A DNA stretch of 32,948 nt from a bacterium (lineage in GTDB: Bacteria > Cyanobacteriota > Vampirovibrionia > Gastranaerophilales > JBAXKC01). Of the stretch, positions 21,042 through 30,696 are shown one piece after another. A program made the translations under genes and the position numbers. Below the pieces are notes generated by a model that was not told where the DNA came from, searched no databases, and worked only from the letters and a program-made list of their open reading frames with translations. The stretch spans positions 1 through 32,948 of the forward strand of contig JBAXKC010000028.1 of the NCBI GenBank assembly GCA_037137535.1, given 5' to 3'. Position 1 is the stretch's first letter. The number at the start of each line of letters is the position of its first letter.

Positions 21042-21755
21042 TTAGTCCTTTAAAAATTTTGTCTTATTATTTTCAAATTCATCAATCGCTTTGACATAAT
21101 CATCAGGTCTGCCAATATCAAGCCAATTGCCGTCATATTTATAAATACTCGGATTATTGGCTTCTTTTAACAAAGTATTCATTAAATCATCAAAGCCATA
21201 TTTTTGCTTTAGTGGAATTAACCCTAAAATATCCCTATTAGCAACATATATTCCCATGCTGACTAAATAATTCAATTTAGGTTTTTCACTAAAACCAATT
21301 AATTTTGAATTTTCATTAGAATCTAAAACGCCGTATTCTATTTGCTCAACACGCTCTGCCGAGGCAATAGTAAAAATATTTTTATTATTTATATGAGTTT
21401 GGTAAAGATCATTAAAATCAATATCCGTTAAAATATCTCCATTCATTATAAGGAAATTTTCGGGTAAGCTGTTTATTAATTTTAATGGAGCAATTGTCCC
21501 AAGTGGCTTATCTTCAATAGAATAATCAATTTTTATACCCCATTTATCGCCATTCCCAAAGAAAGCCATAAATAATTCAGCCTGATGATTTACGCACATA
21601 GTTAAATGATCAAAACCATTGTAAGCAAGCTGCCTTATCACCACCTCAAGTATTGGATACTCACCTATCGGCATAAGTGGTTTCGGCAAAACGAGAGTAT
21701 AAGGCTGTAATCTTTTTCCTAATCCGCCTGCAAGAATTATAGCTCTTTTAGACAT
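21042..21755 (-). CDS. sugar-phosphate nucleotidyltransferase
   Basis: ILAGGLGKRL..PKPL, PLGT, NGDILTD, WLDIGRP. The ATG at 21755 (MSKRAII) overlaps the upstream stop and is more likely than the 21800 start. Confidence 0.9.
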   Translation of the reverse strand: MSKRAIILAGGLGKRLQPYTLVLPKPLMPIGEYPILEVVIRQLAYNGFDHLTMCVNHQAELFMAFFGNGDKWGIKIDYSIEDKPLGTIAPLKLINSLPENFLIMNGDILTDIDFNDLYQTHINNKNIFTIASAERVEQIEYGVLDSNENSKLIGFSEKPKLNYLVSMGIYVANRDILGLIPLKQKYGFDDLMNTLLKEANNPSIYKYDGNWLDIGRPDDYVKAIDEFENNKTKFLKD

Positions 21756-22740
21756 TATAAATATTTCCTTTGTATTTTTTAAGATTTTCAGGATTAACAA
21801 ACCAGTCGACAGTTTCTTCTAATCCGTCTTGAATTGTATATTGAGGTTTAAAACCTGTTAATGAATTTATTTTTGTATTATCACACCAAAGTCTTTTAAC
21901 TTCGCTTTTTTCAGGTCTTAATCTTTGCTCATCAACAATAAAATTAACATCTGAATTCATATAATTTTTTATTATTTCTAATGTATCCGCTACTGATATT
22001 TCATAATTTGAACCTATATTAACGGTTTCACCAATTGTAGTATCACTTTCTGCTAACATCGTAAAGCCTAAACAAGTATCAGTTACATAATTAAAATCTC
22101 TTGTAGGTGAAACATCTCCAAGTTTAATTTCTTTTGCGCCTTGAGCTATTTGAGTAATTATTGCAGGTATTACAGCTCTTGCCGATTGACGGGGTCCATA
22201 GGTATTAAAAGGTCTTGCAATACAAAGAGGAAGTCCGAAAGCGTTGTAAAAACTTTCAGCAATTGCATCAGCACCGATTTTTGTTGCTGAATAAGGCGAT
22301 TGTGGCTGTAAAGGATGTTTTTCATCAATAGGAACATATAAAGCCGTTCCGTAAACTTCACTTGTTGAAGTATGGATAATCTTTTCCACCTCATTTTCAA
22401 GTGCAGCCTGACAAATATTAAGAGTTCCTTTTATGTTTGTATCAACATAAGACTCTGGCGCAACATAAGAGTATGGTATAGCGATTAAAGCAGCTAAATG
22501 GAAAATAACATCAATGTCTTTTGTAATTTTTTTTATATAATGAGCATCTCTGACATCACCTGATAAAACTTCTATCTGATTCAATATAGCTACATCTTCC
22601 AGCCATCCCCAATTATTAAAAGAATTATATTGAGATAATGCTTTAACCTCAGCTCCTTTTTGAACAAGAGCTTCTGTAAGATGAGAGCCGATAAAACCAT
22701 CAGCGCCTGTTATTAATACTTTTTTTCCTGTTAAATTCAT
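21748..22740 (-). CDS. NAD-dependent sugar-nucleotide 4,6-dehydratase (LegB-like)
   Basis: TGADGFIGSH, YNSFNNWGWL, AALIAIPYSY, STSEVYG, YSATK, RPFNTYGPRQSARA. Confidence 0.9.
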   Translation of the reverse strand: MNLTGKKVLITGADGFIGSHLTEALVQKGAEVKALSQYNSFNNWGWLEDVAILNQIEVLSGDVRDAHYIKKITKDIDVIFHLAALIAIPYSYVAPESYVDTNIKGTLNICQAALENEVEKIIHTSTSEVYGTALYVPIDEKHPLQPQSPYSATKIGADAIAESFYNAFGLPLCIARPFNTYGPRQSARAVIPAIITQIAQGAKEIKLGDVSPTRDFNYVTDTCLGFTMLAESDTTIGETVNIGSNYEISVADTLEIIKNYMNSDVNFIVDEQRLRPEKSEVKRLWCDNTKINSLTGFKPQYTIQDGLEETVDWFVNPENLKKYKGNIYNV

Positions 22741-22831
22741 TATTAAACTTTAACCTTACCATTTGATAATATTTAAAACTATAATCTATCATACATGGCA
22801 CAAAATCAAGTTCTATAAGTAAATAGACAGA

Positions 22832-23680
22832 TTATAGACTATATAAAGAAACCGTTCCTGTCCTTTTAATTAATTTAGCTTTAGTCTTAATAACGTTTGA
22901 AATAAGGTTATATTCAGAACGCTGAAAGATATAATCATCGGCTAATATGTATTTAATATTTTTTGTTTTAATTAAATTTAACAAATTTGCGGTTTTATTG
23001 ATTTTTCGTTGAATAGTATAATACATAAGTGACTTTGAATTAGAGTAATAATAATAATCTGTTATATTAATAACCAGAATATTATTTTTTTCATTAATAT
23101 TAAGCGTATTTATATAGTCAATTAATTCAACAACTTTTGAAGGTCTATTAAATTCTGCAATTGTCCTTTTATATCTGTGAAAATTATCAAATAAATTAGC
23201 ACTTAACAGCATTACAAAACAAATTATTATTAATTTTCTTTTGTAGTTGAATTTTTTATAAAGCTCATAAATACAACCTAATACACCAATAATAGTAAAT
23301 GGGTAAAGAGTATAAGCATAACGAAAATTTGTATAGCCTTTTATAGAAATAAGCAGAAACGAAAGAACATATACAAATAATAAAGCTCTTTGCCACTGTG
23401 GTCTTTTATCTATTGAGAAAAGATAATAAAATAATGAAGGAACTGCAAGAAACATTAAAAATCCAAAAGTTTTAGTCTTGAAAAATAATGATAAATACCC
23501 ATTAAGCCATAATTTTAGAGGTGTATTTATATCTCTTGCAATATAATCACCTGTATTAAGATAAGCATAATGACCTGATAATGAATACAAAAAAATAGCC
23601 GTTATAGAAATAAAAATAATAATAGCAAGTAGAATAGCCATTATTATTTTTATTCTTTTATTAGAATCAGCAGTTAACAT
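22832..23680 (-). CDS. multi-pass membrane protein of the polysaccharide locus
   Basis: About 6 hydrophobic segments including an 'RYAY' motif, then a soluble C-terminus ending ..IKYILAD... Confidence 0.7.
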   Translation of the reverse strand: MLTADSNKRIKIIMAILLAIIIFISITAIFLYSLSGHYAYLNTGDYIARDINTPLKLWLNGYLSLFFKTKTFGFLMFLAVPSLFYYLFSIDKRPQWQRALLFVYVLSFLLISIKGYTNFRYAYTLYPFTIIGVLGCIYELYKKFNYKRKLIIICFVMLLSANLFDNFHRYKRTIAEFNRPSKVVELIDYINTLNINEKNNILVINITDYYYYSNSKSLMYYTIQRKINKTANLLNLIKTKNIKYILADDYIFQRSEYNLISNVIKTKAKLIKRTGTVSLYSL

Positions 23681-23759
23681 TTAGAACCTAATCCTATTAG
23701 ACATGTTGTGCTTATTAATATAACAGAACAATTTTAAATAAGGTAGTACTATAAAAATT

Positions 23760-25088
23760 TTATAATTTTATATCTAATTTATTTTTAGTGAAAACTTTTA
23801 ACAAAATAATAATTAATGTATAAGTAAGCGTTGTTGCAATAGCTGCACCGTTAATTCCCAATAACTTAATTAAAACAATATGACAAATAAAGTTAAACAC
23901 TAAAGCAATACTTGCTAATTTTATTTTCTCTTTAGGATGTCCCACCATCTCTAATATGCCGCCAGCCCAATAATTAGTGGAATATATAAAAATGCCAATT
24001 AACAGAATATAGAAAACTAAACTATTATTTAAAAACAAATTATTTTTTATAAATATTCTCAAAAATACAGGATACAAAAGAGCCGCAATAGATAATATTG
24101 ATAACATAATTATAAAAGATGTTTTCTTGAGTTTTTCAATACATTCATTTAATTTATCAATATGTTTTTCTGCCCACAATCTTGAGATAATAGGATTAAA
24201 ATTCAGTTGTAAAACTCCGCTTATCATAATAAAGCCTTTTGCAATAGTAGAAGCGAAACTATAAATCCCTACGTGATAATCAGACATAAGCCATCCAATC
24301 ACTAAAATATCCATTTTAGAATTCAAGTCACTCATAGAGTCCGCCATTAAACTGGTAATACTAAATAAAATATGCTTTTTTATCCAATATTGAAGATTAT
24401 TTAAACTAAAATTAAAAAATCTTTTTACATATAAAGACAATACTGAAAATAATAATATTTCAGCAAAAGGAAATGCATATAAGGAAAACGTTACAGGCTT
24501 ATGGTAAAAAATAGAATATAGTATAAAAAATATGAGGAAACAGCATCTTGCTATTTGAGAAAAAGCATAAGTTCTCATTTTCCTAAGACCGTTCAAAAAG
24601 CCCATTAGTATTTTATTAAGGGAAAAGAAAGGCAAACTTATAATTATATTTTTCAATCCAATTATTAACAAATGACTTTTTATAAAAGAATCCGCCAGAG
24701 TTAAAGAAGCAAGTAAAACTATCGTTAATATAGTAGAAAATAAACTTATAAAAATCAAAGCGGAGGTAATCAATTCATTTATAGTGTCTATATTATTTCT
24801 ACATTCTGCCGTATGCCTTATAATAGAGATATGGAAGCCAAATGCAGTAATAATAGATAATATTATATATATCGCCATTACTTGATTAAAAAGACCAAAG
24901 CCGGCAACATTATAATTATTCGCAACTATTATATTAAGTAAAATTCCGCTAAGGGCAACAATAAAGCTACTAACTAAATTAAATGAAACATCCCTAATAA
25001 ATTTCTGATAAAAAAAAGCTTTTATAGCAGCAGTCTTAGTGACATTAGCTTCATTATTATTTAGTATTTTTTGAGGCGAAGACTTCAT
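23760..25088 (-). CDS. Wzx-type flippase (second copy)
   Basis: Multi-TM MOP family pattern: FGLF, DILVIG...VGIYSFA, LGINGAAIAT. Confidence 0.88.
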   Translation of the reverse strand: MKSSPQKILNNNEANVTKTAAIKAFFYQKFIRDVSFNLVSSFIVALSGILLNIIVANNYNVAGFGLFNQVMAIYIILSIITAFGFHISIIRHTAECRNNIDTINELITSALIFISLFSTILTIVLLASLTLADSFIKSHLLIIGLKNIIISLPFFSLNKILMGFLNGLRKMRTYAFSQIARCCFLIFFILYSIFYHKPVTFSLYAFPFAEILLFSVLSLYVKRFFNFSLNNLQYWIKKHILFSITSLMADSMSDLNSKMDILVIGWLMSDYHVGIYSFASTIAKGFIMISGVLQLNFNPIISRLWAEKHIDKLNECIEKLKKTSFIIMLSILSIAALLYPVFLRIFIKNNLFLNNSLVFYILLIGIFIYSTNYWAGGILEMVGHPKEKIKLASIALVFNFICHIVLIKLLGINGAAIATTLTYTLIIILLKVFTKNKLDIKL

Positions 25089-25273
25089 TATAGATTTTCA
25101 ACCTAATATATTAACACCCTATTCAACTATAATCTATTATACAGAAAATAAAAGCAAGGTAGTTAAAGAGAATATAGCGCAACAGTCCTTACTTTTTTTA
25201 TTAGTTTCCCCTTTTTTTTGATTATTTTAGAAAGATCTGCTGTCGTTTAATTTTTGGTTGAATTGTATAATAA

Positions 25274-25882
25274 ATTTATAGCTTTAAAAGATGGCTTGTA
25301 ATAGGAGCATTTCCAGAATTATGGAAAAAACTTCTCGAAGAATATGACGAAGTCGAAGGACTAGATTGGGAATGAATAAGCGGAGATTCATCATCAGTTA
25401 AGTTACAACTTGGCGGAGAAAAAAAGGGCATAATTCCAAGTATAAAAACAAGCTTGGAACCAAATGACATACTATATGCTAAGGAAATGGTATTCCGATA
25501 AGTTTATGTTTATCAGGTGCAAATGTTCACGATATTAATGTTTTAAGCGAAATGATAACAGATATTATTGTTGATAGACCTTTGTATTTAGAAACTATTG
25601 TCAATTTATGATTAGATAAATCTTACAAATCAAGAGATTCAGAAGAAATAATATATGAAAATCTTATGGGAGCACATATTTCTCAAAAAGGAATGACGAA
25701 TCTGCTTAAAGATACTAAAAAAAGACCAAGGCGATGGACTATCGAACGTACTTTCGCTTGGTTCAATAGATATAGGAGGTTATTAATTAGATGGGAATAG
25801 AAACATGAAAATTATGCAGCTTTTATACACCTTACCTGTTGCGTTATTGTAATTTCTAAATTAATTCTCGGATAGGCTCTAA
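25274..25882 (+). pseudogene. decayed IS5-family transposase, 5' part lost, right end retained
   Basis: Manual translation: FKRW..GAF.ELWKKLLEEYDEVEGLDWE*..GGEK / KLGTK*H..C*GNGIPISLCLSGANVHD ... L*LDKSY ... RWTIERTFAWFNRYRRLLIRWE*. Five in-frame stops. Ends in ggataggctc+taa, typical of an IS5 right end plus TAA target. Confidence 0.85.
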
Positions 25883-26059
25883 GCTCCAAATTATTAAAAA
25901 GAACATATAAATTTTTTAATTGTTACTTTTTAATACGTTCGATTAATTAAATTTTAAAATAAGTTTTAAAATTCTTAAAATATGGAATAAGAATAAAATG
26001 GTATGGCAATACCTGTTTAGGAGCCATTTAATAAAATGATAAAGGAGAACACCACATAA

Positions 26060-26797
26060 ATGAAAGAAACTGTTACTAAAAGAATATGCAATGCCTATAC
26101 TTGTGTAGAATTAATTAAAAATAAAAGAAAAAGGTTAAAACAATTTAATCCATATAACTTTTCTAGGCTATATAACCTTATAGCTCATTATCCCGTACAA
26201 TGGAAAGTAAAAAGAATTATAGATTATAGCGGAAGTTTTCTAGGGCTTATTTTGTTATTTCCTGTTTTTTTACTTATTGCTGCCATGATTAAATTAGAAT
26301 CAAAAGGTTCTATTCTTTATAAGCAAGAAAGAATAGGACTTTATGGTGAAAAATTCTTTATGTACAAATTTAGAAGTATGAAAACAGATGCAGATAAAGA
26401 ATTTGATACTGTAAAAGCATTAAATGAAACTAACAGCGGAATGTTTAAACTTACTGATGATCCAAGAATGACAAGAGTAGGAAAATTTTTAAGAAAATAT
26501 AGCTTAGATGAATTTCCACAGCTGTTAAATGTATTAAAAGGAGAAATGAGCCTTGTAGGTCCAAGACCTCCACTAGAAAGAGAACTGTCCGCATATAAGT
26601 ACTGGCATTATTTAAGATTTGGAACAATTCCCGGGTTAACAGGCTTGTGGCAGACAAGTGGACGATCTACTATAACTGATTTTGATAAAGTAGTGGAACT
26701 TGATCGATACTATATAACTCATTGGAGTCTTTTACTGGATATTAAACTATTATTTAAAACAATCCCTATTGTTTTATTTGGAAAAGATTCAGCCTGA
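26060..26797 (+). CDS. priming sugar transferase (undecaprenyl-phosphate glycosyl-1-P transferase domain)
   Basis: KRIID, QERIG, KFRSM, DDPRMTRVGKFLRKYSLDEFPQLLNVLKGEMSLVGPRP, PGLTGLWQ. Confidence 0.93.
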   Translation: MKETVTKRICNAYTCVELIKNKRKRLKQFNPYNFSRLYNLIAHYPVQWKVKRIIDYSGSFLGLILLFPVFLLIAAMIKLESKGSILYKQERIGLYGEKFFMYKFRSMKTDADKEFDTVKALNETNSGMFKLTDDPRMTRVGKFLRKYSLDEFPQLLNVLKGEMSLVGPRPPLERELSAYKYWHYLRFGTIPGLTGLWQTSGRSTITDFDKVVELDRYYITHWSLLLDIKLLFKTIPIVLFGKDSA

Positions 26798-26825
26798 TTG
26801 CTAATTTATAATAATTATTGTTTAC

Positions 26826-26868
26826 TAACCGCAATCTTGTTTTATAATATATAAAAAAGTTGCGGTTA
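26826..26868. promoter_or_regulatory. inverted repeat enclosing TATAAT, immediately upstream of nth
   Basis: taaccgcaa ... ttgcggtta with tataat in the loop. Could be a terminator or an operator. Confidence 0.4.
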
Positions 26869-26873
26869 ATTAT

Positions 26874-27512
26874 ATGAAGAAAAAAGTCGATATAACTAAA
26901 ATAGTTGAAATATTAGAAAACCATTACACCGAAAAACATGTAATGGAGTCAAACTATGAGGGAAGCCCTTATAAGTCATTGGTGGCATGTATTTTAAGTT
27001 TAAGAAACCTTGATGAAGTTACATTTCCCATTGCTGACAGACTTTTTGAGGTTGCAGACACCCCACAAAAAATAATTAATTTGGGAGTGCAAAAACTTCA
27101 GGAATACACAAAATCTATAAATTATTACAAAACAAAAGCAGAAAATATAATGTTGTTATCACAGCAAATTATTGATGATTATAATGGCGAAGTTCCTGAG
27201 ACTATTGATGAATTAATGAAATTCAGAGGAGTCGGAAGAAAAACTGCCAATATCACAATATCAGTAGGTTTTCAAAGACCTGCAGTAGCCGTAGATACAC
27301 ATGTTCATAAAATAGCCAACAGATTAGGATATGTATCTACTGAAACACCTGATGAGACAGAAATGGTGCTCCGTAAAAAACTGCCTCAAAAGTATTGGAG
27401 AAAAATCAACCAATTATTTGTTATACATGGTAAAACAATTTGTAAAACTCGAGGCGTTAAATGTAATATTTGTCCTATCATAGATTACTGTAATCAGATA
27501 GGTGTCAAATGA
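26874..27512 (+). CDS. nth: endonuclease III
   Basis: HhH motif LMKFRGVGRKTAN, VDTHV, and the C-x6-C-x2-C-x5-C 4Fe-4S motif. Confidence 0.93.
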   Translation: MKKKVDITKIVEILENHYTEKHVMESNYEGSPYKSLVACILSLRNLDEVTFPIADRLFEVADTPQKIINLGVQKLQEYTKSINYYKTKAENIMLLSQQIIDDYNGEVPETIDELMKFRGVGRKTANITISVGFQRPAVAVDTHVHKIANRLGYVSTETPDETEMVLRKKLPQKYWRKINQLFVIHGKTICKTRGVKCNICPIIDYCNQIGVK

Positions 27513-27579
27513 CAAAAGTCATGATATAACATGAGATGTAAAGTTATGGGCTTGTCCCTTAAATTTGGAGGAAAACACA

Positions 27580-27741
27580 ATGGATAGATATGTATGCACA
27601 GTATGCAATTATGTTTATGACCCTGCTATTGGCGATCCTGACTCAGGTGTAGCTCCAGGAACTCCATTTGAAGCAATTCCTGAAGATTGGGTCTGCCCAA
27701 TTTGTGGAGTAGATAAATCCGACTTCGAGAAGGAGAGCTAA
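27580..27741 (+). CDS. rubredoxin (53 aa)
   Basis: Not in the ORF track. [53 protein letters not shown] has two CxxC motifs. SD ggagg. Confidence 0.97.
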   Translation: MDRYVCTVCNYVYDPAIGDPDSGVAPGTPFEAIPEDWVCPICGVDKSDFEKES

Positions 27742-27743
27742 AA

Positions 27744-28919
27744 ATGGCCGTAAGGCATATTGTCCCAAACGTTCACCATGTTGGTGTTCTTGATTGGGAT
27801 AGAAGATTATTCGATAAATTAATTCCTTTACCACAAGGAACAACCTATAATTCTTACGTTATTCAAGGTAGTGAAAAAACAGCTATAATTGACACAGTTT
27901 ATCCTCAGAAAGCTGAAGAACTTTTAGCTAATATTAAAAGACTCAATCTTGAAAAAATTGACTATATTATAGCTAGTCATGGAGAACAGGATCATTCCGG
28001 GACAGCTCCAATTCTGTTACAAATGTATCCTGAAGCTAAAATAGTTACCAATAATAAATGTATTACCTCTATTATGGACATGTTAATGGTTGATAAAGAC
28101 TGTTTCATTGAAATAAAAGATGGAGATACCTTATCTCTTGGTGATAAAACGTTAGAATTTATGATAACTCCTTGGGTGCATTGGCCAGATACAATGGTTA
28201 CATACCTTAAAGAGGATAAAATTCTCTTTACCTGTGACTTTTTCGGATCACATTTAGCGTCAAGTAAAATGTTTGCAATAGAACATGAGGTTTATGAACC
28301 TGCAAAACGCTATTATGCTGAAATAATGATGCCGTTCAGAAAACAAATCCAAAGGCATATTGCAAGAATAGAGCCGATGGATGTGTCTATAATCGCACCT
28401 AGTCACGGACCTCTTTATAATAACCCTAAATTCATCATTGATGCCTATAAAGATTGGGTTTCTGATGATGTTAAAAATGAAGTTATTATTCCGTATGTTT
28501 CTATGTATGAAAGTACAACCAAACTTGTTCTTCATCTGACTGATCAGCTTATGGAAAAGGGCGTAAACGTAAAACCTTTTAACGTAACTGAATCAGACCT
28601 AGGAGACTTTGCTGTTTCTGTTGTTGATGCTGCAACTATGGTCGTTGGTTCATCTATGGTTCTTTCGGGCGCTCATCCGTCTATAATTCCATGGGTATTT
28701 ATGGCTAATGCTATAAGACCGAAAATACAGTATACCTCAATTATAGGCTCTTATGGATGGGGTGGAAACATGATTGATCAATTAAATGGACTAATGGCTC
28801 ATATTAAATCAGAACCATTAGAAAATATAATTGTAAAAGGTCATCCACGTCCTGAAGATTTCATTAAAATTGAAGCTCTTGCTAATCAAATATATGAAAA
28901 ACATCTGCCTTTAATGTAA
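27744..28919 (+). CDS. fprA: flavodiiron protein (A-type flavoprotein)
   Basis: GTTYNSY, HGEQDHSG, HWPD, CDFFG, PSHG diiron ligands, followed by a flavodoxin domain (GSYGWGG). Confidence 0.93.
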   Translation: MAVRHIVPNVHHVGVLDWDRRLFDKLIPLPQGTTYNSYVIQGSEKTAIIDTVYPQKAEELLANIKRLNLEKIDYIIASHGEQDHSGTAPILLQMYPEAKIVTNNKCITSIMDMLMVDKDCFIEIKDGDTLSLGDKTLEFMITPWVHWPDTMVTYLKEDKILFTCDFFGSHLASSKMFAIEHEVYEPAKRYYAEIMMPFRKQIQRHIARIEPMDVSIIAPSHGPLYNNPKFIIDAYKDWVSDDVKNEVIIPYVSMYESTTKLVLHLTDQLMEKGVNVKPFNVTESDLGDFAVSVVDAATMVVGSSMVLSGAHPSIIPWVFMANAIRPKIQYTSIIGSYGWGGNMIDQLNGLMAHIKSEPLENIIVKGHPRPEDFIKIEALANQIYEKHLPLM

Positions 28920-28951
28920 TACTCCTACAAATTTCGTTAAGAAATTATATT

Positions 28952-28994
28952 TAACCCTATTACAGGACGAAAAAAGTCCTAGGTAATAGGGTTA
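28952..28994 (+). terminator. intrinsic terminator after fprA
   Basis: taaccctattac-aggac / gtcct-(ag)-gtaatagggtta extended stem followed by ttt. Confidence 0.75.
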
Positions 28995-29096
28995 TTTAGT
29001 TGCTATAACAGACTTTATTTTATAAACAAATTTTACATCAAAGCAACTGTCTGTATGGTTATGTTTTAATATTATAGGTGTAGAAAAGGAATAAAG

Positions 29097-29189
29097 ATGC
29101 AAGAAAATAATCATAATTATCAAATATGTCTATTATGCGGAAAGTATACTCCTGAAACCACTTCATCCGCGGTAAAAATATATGTATAG
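29097..29189 (+). pseudogene. short 5' gene relic 1 (MQENNHNYQICLLCGKYTPETTSSAVKIYV)
   Basis: Has SD aagga. First 20 nt are identical to 32416-32435, and 29148-29186 matches 30541-30579 at 34/39 nt. Confidence 0.6.
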
Positions 29190-29254
29190 ATATTGACAAA
29201 GAGGGTCTATTGAATACCTCTTTTTTAGTGTTGATAAGAATAAGTGAGGAATAA

Positions 29255-30478
29255 ATGAAAAAGAAATTCAATATTAGTAGATTAATAAATTTAATTCGAA
29301 AATCAAAAATATTAATGATATGCAGTTTAATTTTTTTGTTATGCATTGTAGGTTGTGCCATTCCGTCAAATAGTAATCCAACTTCTATTAATGATACAGA
29401 AATGTTAGGTCATTTTGAAAAAGCAGGTTCATTAAAAATAGGTAGATACGACCACACTGCTACATTGTTACAAGATGGAAGAATTCTTATTATAGGTGGA
29501 AGAGGTGGAGCTGAACATTCAACTTTGAATCAAGCTGAAATATATGACCCAACGACTAAAAAAAGTACAAAGATTGGCAGAATAAATGTTGCTAGATGTA
29601 ATCATACAGCAACACTTTTAAAGGACGGTAGAGTCCTTATAACTGGCGGCACTGGCCAAGGGAATCAATATAATATGGCAAGTGCTGAAATATTTGATCC
29701 AGTGACAAATACTTTTAAGAAATTGCCTGATATGAATTATAAAAGATCAGAGCATTCAGCAATATTATTGCCTAATGGAAAAATACTTATTAGTGGAGGA
29801 AGGGCGGCAGGAAATACTGCAGAGTTATTTGATCCTGAAACAGAAAGATTCAGCATTACAAGCAATTTAAGTGCTAATAATAGATATAATCACAATTCTG
29901 TACTCTTAAAAGATGGTCGCATTCTTTTAGATGGTGGAGGTTGTTATTATGAAACCAAACTTTCAACGAAATCTAACAAGATGATGATTGTAAATGAAAA
30001 CTGCAATATAGCTGAAACATATAATCACGAAACAGAAATGTTTATACCATTAAAATCTAAAATGAATAATGCTAGACGAAGTAATTCAATAACAGTTCTA
30101 AAAAATGGCAAAGTATTAATAACTGGGGGTGAAGATATAAGTATAATAACCGGTACCTCATTAAAAACAGCCGAAATACTTGATCCTGAAACTGAAACCT
30201 GGCAAAAATTGCCTGATATGAATTATGACAGAGTAAATCATAAAGCAATGCTGCTTAAAAATGGAAATGTATTAATAATTGGTGGAATATACCCTGAGTT
30301 TATAGGGCCTGAGGTTTATGATCCAGTAAAAAACAAGTTCTTTATCATTAAGCAAAAAACTACCAAAAGAGCCTCTCCTCAAACAGTTATTTTAACTGAT
30401 GGAAGCGTAGTTATAATTGGTGGCGCCCACTATGGAGATGGGGTAAAAGCAATAGAAATATATAAGGAGAATAAATAA
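29255..30478 (+). CDS. Kelch-repeat beta-propeller protein, probable lipoprotein
   Basis: Repeated R.(D/N/E)H(T/S)A.LL.(D/N)G(R/K).LI.GG...AE.(Y/F)DP blades. Hydrophobic stretch ending in the lipobox-like IVGC. Confidence 0.92.
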   Translation: MKKKFNISRLINLIRKSKILMICSLIFLLCIVGCAIPSNSNPTSINDTEMLGHFEKAGSLKIGRYDHTATLLQDGRILIIGGRGGAEHSTLNQAEIYDPTTKKSTKIGRINVARCNHTATLLKDGRVLITGGTGQGNQYNMASAEIFDPVTNTFKKLPDMNYKRSEHSAILLPNGKILISGGRAAGNTAELFDPETERFSITSNLSANNRYNHNSVLLKDGRILLDGGGCYYETKLSTKSNKMMIVNENCNIAETYNHETEMFIPLKSKMNNARRSNSITVLKNGKVLITGGEDISIITGTSLKTAEILDPETETWQKLPDMNYDRVNHKAMLLKNGNVLIIGGIYPEFIGPEVYDPVKNKFFIIKQKTTKRASPQTVILTDGSVVIIGGAHYGDGVKAIEIYKENK

Positions 30479-30684
30479 TGGTAGATAGTAAAGTTAATAT
30501 TATATCTTGTGCTCAGATTGCTGCTTCAGTTTATTCCTTTACTCCTGAAACGCCATCATCCTTGGTAAAAATATATGTACCGAAAATAGTACAAGATTGG
30601 GAAACACTAAAAGCTGATGGATGGCAGTTAGTTGATAAAGCAGATGATAATAAAAATGGTTTTCAAGAAGTAGGGTGGGTTTAA
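30478..30684 (+). pseudogene. truncated ORF (relic 2), resembles the N-terminus of a lipase-type effector
   Basis: TAATG-coupled to the Kelch stop, strong SD aaggag. Pattern A.IA.SVY...GW......NGFQ. The stop lies in the centre of the 30669-30696 palindrome. Confidence 0.55.
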
Positions 30685-30696
30685 ACCCACCCTACT
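30669..30696. repeat. perfect 28-bp palindrome, GTAG-type REP-like
   Basis: agtagggtgggtttaaacccaccctact equals its own reverse complement and is GC-rich in an AT-rich context. Confidence 0.85.

Noticed and set aside
25274-25875. TGA recoding (alternative genetic code) in the transposase
   Set aside because: Only one of three TGAs is at a likely Trp position, TAA and TAG stops also occur, and intact genes such as nth end in TGA. This is simple decay.
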